From NCBI GenBank assembly GCA_043820815.1, contig JBDRDJ010000007.1, forward strand, positions 30,544 to 94,543: a DNA stretch of 64,000 nt, given 5' to 3'. The translations under genes and the position numbers were made by a program. Shown in pieces: positions 58,497 to 64,000 of this stretch; position 1 is the first letter of the stretch, and the number at the start of each line of letters is the position of its first letter. The stretch comes from Candidatus Omnitrophota bacterium (GTDB lineage: Bacteria > Omnitrophota > Gorgyraeia > Duberdicusellales > 4484-171). Under the pieces are notes generated by a model. It was not told where the DNA came from. It was given only the letters and a program-made list of their open reading frames with translations, and did no database searches.

Positions 58497-59948
58497 CTAC
58501 AAAAACGGCAGGCTGCTTTCTTCCATAAGGTAGGTGTCGATATGATAAGCGGCGCGGCGGCCTTCGGCAATTGCCCAAACAACAAGGGATTGGCCGCGCC
58601 GGCAGTCTCCGGCGCTGAATATGCCTTTTTTTGATGTCATGTAGCCCTGATTGGTTTTTATATTTCCTCTCTCATCCAGCTCTAAACCCAAATCAGAAAT
58701 TAATCCTGATTTTTCCGGGCCGAGAAATCCTACTGCAAGAATTACTAAATCTGCTTCTATCTCAAACTCTGAGCCAGGAATTTCTTTCATAACGGGGCAG
58801 GTTTTATTTTTTGCCGGATAAACAAATTCTACTTTAACACAAGAAAGCTTTTTAACACAGCCTTGCTCGCCTATAAACTTTTTTGTAAGGACTGCCCAAC
58901 GGCGCAAGACTCCTTCCTGGTGGCTGCTGGTTGTTTTAAGGAGCAAAGGATATAACGGCCAGGGTTGATGGCTGGCCCTGCATTCAGGAGGCTGCGATAA
59001 GACTTCGATTTGAACAACACAAGATGCCCCCTGCCGGTTAGCGGTCCCCACACAGTCGCTTCCCGTATCCCCTCCTCCTATTACGACAACTTTTTTTCCT
59101 TTAGCCTCGATTACCTCTTCGCCGCAAATATCTTCGCCGCTAACCTTACGGTTGTTCTGGGTTAGATAGTCCATGGCAAAGTGAATGCCTTTTAAATCCC
59201 GGCCTTCAATTTTTAAATCTCTTGGCGTGCGGGAGCCGCTGGCAATTACAATTGCATCGAATTCTTTTTCCAAATCTTGATATTTAATATTTTCTCCTAC
59301 GCCGGCTTGGCACTTAAATTCAACGCCTTCTTGCTGTAATAAGCTGATGCGCCTTTCGATAATTTCTTTTTCGAGTTTAAAGTCAGGTATTCCATAGCGC
59401 AAAATACCCCCTGGCTTTTTATCTTTTTCAAAAACAACCACCCTGTGGCCGGCTTTATTGAGCTGGCCTGCCGCAGAAAGCCCTGCCGGGCCGGAGCCGG
59501 CAACCGCGACTTTCTTTCCTGTTCTTACGCTCGGCGCAAGGGGCTTAATCAGACCCCTGCTAAAAGCATATTCAATGGCTGATAATTCGTTTTCTCTTAT
59601 GGTAACAGGGTCGTCGTTTATCCCTAAAACACAGCCATATTCGCAAAGCCCGGGGCAAACTCTACCGGTTATCTCGGGCAGATTATTTGTTGCCTCAAGC
59701 AAAGAAAGCGCTTTTTTCCATTGGCCATTCATCACCGAATCATTCCACTCAGGAATATAGTTTCCAACCGGGCAGGCCCAGTGGCAGAAAGGGACTCCGC
59801 AATCCATACAGCGCGAAGCCTGTTGTTTTGAATCTCCCTCTTGCCTTGGCAGGCAGACATCTCTATAATCTGCCGCGCGTTCGCACACAGGGCGATACTC
59901 TTCGCTTTTGCGCTTAATTTTCAGGAATGCTTTTATGTCTTTATTCAT
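58497..59948 (-). CDS. gltD: Glutamate synthase (NADPH) small subunit
   Basis: ~483 aa. [10 protein letters not shown] Fe-S region, [11 protein letters not shown] and [13 protein letters not shown] dinucleotide folds. ATG chosen at 59948 (MNKDIKAF); the track's GTG at 59963 falls inside the 40-bp repeat. Confidence 0.9.
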   Translation of the reverse strand: MNKDIKAFLKIKRKSEEYRPVCERAADYRDVCLPRQEGDSKQQASRCMDCGVPFCHWACPVGNYIPEWNDSVMNGQWKKALSLLEATNNLPEITGRVCPGLCEYGCVLGINDDPVTIRENELSAIEYAFSRGLIKPLAPSVRTGKKVAVAGSGPAGLSAAGQLNKAGHRVVVFEKDKKPGGILRYGIPDFKLEKEIIERRISLLQQEGVEFKCQAGVGENIKYQDLEKEFDAIVIASGSRTPRDLKIEGRDLKGIHFAMDYLTQNNRKVSGEDICGEEVIEAKGKKVVVIGGGDTGSDCVGTANRQGASCVVQIEVLSQPPECRASHQPWPLYPLLLKTTSSHQEGVLRRWAVLTKKFIGEQGCVKKLSCVKVEFVYPAKNKTCPVMKEIPGSEFEIEADLVILAVGFLGPEKSGLISDLGLELDERGNIKTNQGYMTSKKGIFSAGDCRRGQSLVVWAIAEGRRAAYHIDTYLMEESSLPFL

Positions 59949-59950
59949 AA

Positions 59951-59990
59951 CACGAATTTCCACAAATTATAGACGAATTACCACGAATAA
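59951..59990. repeat. 40-bp exact repeat, copy B (between the gltB stop and the gltD start)
   Basis: Identical to 55060-55099. Confidence 0.9.
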
Positions 59991-60007
59991 TATTTTTATA
60001 ACATGTA

Positions 60008-63000
60008 TCAGCCGTCAGAAGATTCCATTAAATCAAATTCTTCGCTGATTTTTTTGCCTTCAAAAATACGCTTGTATTCAATAGGTATAACTTTAACAAA
60101 TTTTACAAATTCATTATCAAAATTATCAACAATGTTCTTGGCAGCGAGGCTATGAGTATATTTATAATGATTATTTATAAGGTTATATATCGCCTGCTTA
60201 TCGTCTTTGGCGGGGCGCTCTAAATTAACCATGCCCAAGTTGCATTTTGCCCCAAAGGTGCCCTGTTCATCATAAATATAAGCAATGCCTCCGCTCATGC
60301 CCGCGGCAAAATTACGCCCGGTTTTTCCTAAAATTACAACCCTGCCTCCGGTCATGTATTCGCAGCCGTGATCTCCTACTCCTTCAACTACGGCATACAA
60401 ACCAGAGTTACGTATGCAAAACCTTTCGCCGGCCACACCCTTAATATACGCCTCGCCGCATATTGCCCCGTAGAAAGCGGTATTGCCGATAATTACGTTA
60501 TCCTGCGGGTTATAAGAGGTTTTTTTATCGGGGTAAACGATAATTTTGCCGCCGCTAATACCCTTTCCCACATAATCATTGGCCATGCCTTCCAGCTCAA
60601 AGGTTATGCCTTTTGCAAGCCAAGCCCCAAAACTCTGGCCGCAAACACCTTTAAATTTAAAATTTATCGTATCCTCTGAAAGCCCCTCTTCGCCAAAGCG
60701 CTTTACAACCTCCCCGCTTAGCATTGCTCCGGTTGTGCGGTTTACATTATTAATTGAAACTTCCCTGCGCACGGGTTCCAGCCTCTTTAGCGAAGGTTCA
60801 GCCATCTTAATTAATTTTATATCTAAAACATCTTCGATCCCATGGTCTTGTTTCTCTTGACAAAATACCGCTGTGTTTTTTGGCGCCTTTGGTTTATAGA
60901 GTATCCTGGAATAATCAATCCCTTTTGCCTTCCATGGAACAATACTATAATTCTTTTCAAGTAAATCGGCCCTGCCAACAAGCTCATTTATTGACCTTAT
61001 ACCCAGCGAAGCCATTGTTTCCCTAATGTCCCTTGCTATAAACTTAAAATAATTTATAACGTGCTCAACCGAACCTGTAAACCTTTTCTCGAGCAAAGTG
61101 TCCTGGGTTGCAACGCCCACGGAACAATTATTTAAGTGGCAGTGCCTCAGCATTACGCAACCCATAACAACAAGGGCTGCGGTTGAAATACCGTATTCCT
61201 CTGCGCCAAGCATTGCTGCGATTGCTATATCTCTTGCCGTGCGTATCTGCCCGTCGGTTTGAAGCACGACCCGCGAGCGCAAGCCATTTAAAACAAGGGT
61301 CTGGTGCGCCTCTGAAAGGCCAAGCTCCCAGGGAAGGCCGGCGTAATAAATAGAGCTTAAGGGAGACGCGCCGGTTCCTCCGTCAGAGCCGGAAATTAAA
61401 ATCATATCGGCATGGCCTTTGGCAACGCCTGCGGCAATGGTCCCAACGCCTGCCTCTGAAACCAGCTTAACGCTTATGCGGGCGTTAGGATTTGTATTTT
61501 TTAAATCAAAGATGAGCTGGGCTAAGTCTTCTATTGAATAGATATCGTGGTGCGGCGGAGGGGAAATTAAAGTAACCCCTGGAGTTGTATAGCGTGTTTT
61601 TGCAATTGTCAGGCTTACTTTATGCCCGGGAAGCTGGCCGCCTTCACCGGGCTTTGCTCCCTGGGCTATTTTTATCTGCAGCTCATCGGCATTAACGAGA
61701 TAGTTTGTTGTTACTCCAAACCTTCCTGAAGCGACTTGCTTTATCGCGCTTCGCCTGGAATCTCCGTTAGGAAGTTTTATAAACCGTTCTGTATCCTCGC
61801 CGCCTTCGCCTGTGTTTGATTTTCCTCCTAAACGGTTCATTGCCAAAGCTAAAGTTTGATGGGCGGCCCCTGATATTGAACCAAAACTCATTGCTCCTGT
61901 TGCGAAACGTTTAAATATTTCTTTATCCGGTTCTACCTGGTCAAGAGGAATAGATTTTGTTTTTTTAAAGGTTAGCAGACTCCTTAAAGTTGCGGGATTC
62001 GCTGACTGGTCATTTATAAGGGCGCTGAACTCTTTATACCGGCTGTAATCGTTACGCCTTGCTGCGTCTTGAAGCGCGGCTATACTTTCGGGGTTCCAAA
62101 GATGAAATTTACCGTCTCTTCTGTACTTATATTTCCCTCCTGTTGGGAGCAAAAGCTTGCCTGCCTTAGGATGTTTAAATGCCTCTTTGTGGCGCATGCG
62201 CGCTTCTTCTTCCAAGACGCCAAAGCCTGCCCCGCCAATACGGGAGGCGGTTTTGGGGAAACACTTCTCGATTACATCCATGCTTAAGCCCAGGGCTTCG
62301 AAAATCTGAGCGCCCCTGTAGCTTGAAATAGTCGATATCCCCATTTTTGAGAGAATTTTAAGAATGCCTCTGCTTAAGGCTTTTAAATAATTTGCTTTGG
62401 CCTCCTCAAAGTCTAAATCAACCTGGTTATCTTTAATGCTGTAACCTATAGCTTCATACGCAAGATAGGGGTTAACGCAATCTGCGCCGTAGCCAAAGAG
62501 CAATGCGAAATGGTGGACTTCGCGCGGCTCCCCTGACTCAACAATAATGCCTATTTGCGTTCGCAAAGCCCTCTCAACAAGATAGTGGTGCACTGCCGCG
62601 GCCGCAAGAAGCGCCGGAAGAACAAATTTGTCTTTGCTAACGCCCCTGTCAGTTAAAATAATAAAAGAATGGTTTTCTCCAATTACCGCCTCTGCCTCTT
62701 TGCATATCCGGTCTATATTATCTATAAAAATAATTCCCTTATCTGTGCCCTCGGATTGTTCTTTTTTGCCTATGTCACATAATATTGAAATGGTTTTAGC
62801 AGAAAACCCCCTTGTGCGTATATGCTTAATTTTCTCAAGATCTTCGTTGGTAAGTATTGGGTTGTGAACGCTCAATTTATGGCAGTGTTTTGGGGTTTCT
62901 TCCAAAATATTCATCTGGGGCCCTACAAAACTTTGCATACTCATAACGCAATCTTCTCTAATAGAGTCTATTGGGGGATTTGTAACCTGGGCAAAAAGCT

Positions 63001-64000
63001 GCTTGAAATAATCATAGAGGAGCTCATCTTTTTGAGAAAAAACCGCCAAAGGTATATCGCAGCCCATAGAACCGGTTGGCTCATGCCCTGTTTGTGCCAT
63101 GGGTAAAATAATTGTTTTTAAATCTTCCCTTGTATAATCAAATGCTTTAAACAGAGGCAGCAGGTCATGTTTTATTTCTTGCTCAGTCTTTACGGTTGTT
63201 AACTCTGAAAGCTCGACCATGTTCTCTTTTATCCATGCTGCATAGGGCTTTGCCGTTGCAACTTTTTCTTTTAATTCTTCATCGCTTACAATTCTTCCTT
63301 GATCTGTATCTATATAAAGCATTTTTCCCGGCTCAAGGCGCAGAGACCTCTCAATGTTTTCTGGCTCGATGCCTAAAACTCCGGCCTCGGAAGACATAAC
63401 AACCATACCGTCTTTAGTTATAATATAACGTGCCGGGCGAAGGCCGTTTCTGTCGAGAACAGCCCCAACATTTACGCCATCAGTAAAAGCTATTGCCGCC
63501 GGCCCATCCCAGGGCTCGCAGAAACAACCATGGTACTTATAAAAACTCTTGAGGCCTTCCGGTAATAGAGGGTCGCTCTCCCAGGCAGCCGGTATAAGCA
63601 TCATCATCGCATGGTAAAGCGGCCTTCCTCCTAACGCTAAAAGTTCAAAAGCATTGTCGATAGTTGCGGAATCACTTTGCCCGGGGGTAAGAATAGGCTT
63701 AATTTTTTCTATATCATCGCCGAATAGATCGCTTTTTAATAAGCCTTCCCGCGCACGCATCCAGTTTATATTGCCTCGCAAAGTATTTATTTCTCCATTG
63801 TGAGCAAGAAAACGAAAAGGCTGTGCCAAATCCCATGTAGGAAAAGTATTTGTGCTGTACCTGGAATGAACAAGCGTTATGGCACTTTCTAAGCGGTGGT
63901 CTTTTAACTCGGGGAAAAATTCATCGAGCTGATGAGGCATAAGCAGGCCTTTATATATAAAAGTCCGGCTCGATAAATTTGTTATATAAAAAAATGATTT
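60008..64000 (-). CDS. gltB: Glutamate synthase large subunit. The N-terminal ~200 aa lie beyond the window end.
   Basis: The frame stays open to position 64000 (..KSFFYITNLSSRTFIYKGLLMPHQLDEFF..), matching the FYI.SLS..T.vYKG region of GltB. Central FMN/Fe-S and C-terminal GXGXG domains are present. Confidence 0.93.
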   Translation of the reverse strand, partial: KSFFYITNLSSRTFIYKGLLMPHQLDEFFPELKDHRLESAITLVHSRYSTNTFPTWDLAQPFRFLAHNGEINTLRGNINWMRAREGLLKSDLFGDDIEKIKPILTPGQSDSATIDNAFELLALGGRPLYHAMMMLIPAAWESDPLLPEGLKSFYKYHGCFCEPWDGPAAIAFTDGVNVGAVLDRNGLRPARYIITKDGMVVMSSEAGVLGIEPENIERSLRLEPGKMLYIDTDQGRIVSDEELKEKVATAKPYAAWIKENMVELSELTTVKTEQEIKHDLLPLFKAFDYTREDLKTIILPMAQTGHEPTGSMGCDIPLAVFSQKDELLYDYFKQLFAQVTNPPIDSIREDCVMSMQSFVGPQMNILEETPKHCHKLSVHNPILTNEDLEKIKHIRTRGFSAKTISILCDIGKKEQSEGTDKGIIFIDNIDRICKEAEAVIGENHSFIILTDRGVSKDKFVLPALLAAAAVHHYLVERALRTQIGIIVESGEPREVHHFALLFGYGADCVNPYLAYEAIGYSIKDNQVDLDFEEAKANYLKALSRGILKILSKMGISTISSYRGAQIFEALGLSMDVIEKCFPKTASRIGGAGFGVLEEEARMRHKEAFKHPKAGKLLLPTGGKYKYRRDGKFHLWNPESIAALQDAARRNDYSRYKEFSALINDQSANPATLRSLLTFKKTKSIPLDQVEPDKEIFKRFATGAMSFGSISGAAHQTLALAMNRLGGKSNTGEGGEDTERFIKLPNGDSRRSAIKQVASGRFGVTTNYLVNADELQIKIAQGAKPGEGGQLPGHKVSLTIAKTRYTTPGVTLISPPPHHDIYSIEDLAQLIFDLKNTNPNARISVKLVSEAGVGTIAAGVAKGHADMILISGSDGGTGASPLSSIYYAGLPWELGLSEAHQTLVLNGLRSRVVLQTDGQIRTARDIAIAAMLGAEEYGISTAALVVMGCVMLRHCHLNNCSVGVATQDTLLEKRFTGSVEHVINYFKFIARDIRETMASLGIRSINELVGRADLLEKNYSIVPWKAKGIDYSRILYKPKAPKNTAVFCQEKQDHGIEDVLDIKLIKMAEPSLKRLEPVRREVSINNVNRTTGAMLSGEVVKRFGEEGLSEDTINFKFKGVCGQSFGAWLAKGITFELEGMANDYVGKGISGGKIIVYPDKKTSYNPQDNVIIGNTAFYGAICGEAYIKGVAGERFCIRNSGLYAVVEGVGDHGCEYMTGGRVVILGKTGRNFAAGMSGGIAYIYDEQGTFGAKCNLGMVNLERPAKDDKQAIYNLINNHYKYTHSLAAKNIVDNFDNEFVKFVKVIPIEYKRIFEGKKISEEFDLMESSDG

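Noticed and set aside
63941-64000. gltB appearing N-terminally truncated (track ORF starts at MPHQLDEFF).
   Set aside because: The reading frame stays open upstream to the window edge and encodes ..FYITNLSSRTFIYKGLL.., which matches the GltB region preceding this point. The gene simply continues beyond position 64000.

Overview
Gene-dense (~60 genes), AT-rich bacterial segment. All but four genes are on the minus strand. It looks like an uncultivated or candidate-phylum lineage, but taxonomy cannot be assigned from sequence alone. I found no rRNA, tRNA, CRISPR array, transposase or integrase by eye. There are three blocks. (i) 1-21.3 kb is a long, tightly packed minus-strand array. It opens with an AMP-ligase and holds a type II PKS-like core: a KS-alpha with Cys-His-His, a catalytically dead KS-beta/CLF, and an ACP. 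Around the core sit two cyclase families, an SDR, an MFS exporter, a B12-radical SAM enzyme, an amidohydrolase, a class IV aminotransferase and an odd tandem Cys-rich protein. A sugar-phosphate block follows (two eIF-2B/MtnA-like proteins, a class II aldolase-SCP2 fusion, ALDH, an LsrF-like aldolase, Zn-ADH), then rlmN and a partial second radical SAM gene. (ii) 21.7-36 kb carries a 1348-aa membrane-anchored orphan protein with a JAB/MPN-like motif, housekeeping genes, and two genes split by single-base homopolymer frameshifts. (iii) 36-64 kb is a glutamine/glutamate nitrogen supercluster: pyrG, purF, carA-carB, DUF1846 plus an orphan second carB, gdhA, an nfnAB-like pair with three frameshifts, gltD, and gltB running off the window. 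At ~52.8-58.5 kb it is interrupted by an accessory islet with PilZ, cyclophilin, HepT/MntA, a secreted tail-fibre-like protein, a macro domain protein and an ECF sigma/anti-sigma/SpoVG module. Non-coding observations: a 110-bp palindromic repeat element in 2 copies; a heptanucleotide tandem repeat present both intergenically and in frame inside carA next to the catalytic Cys; a 40-bp exact repeat with a TATAAT box; a shared terminator-like hairpin motif in the leaders of both carbamoyl-phosphate synthetase loci; and a promoter/operator region in front of the PKS-like cluster. All calls rest on manual motif recognition. No database search was run.
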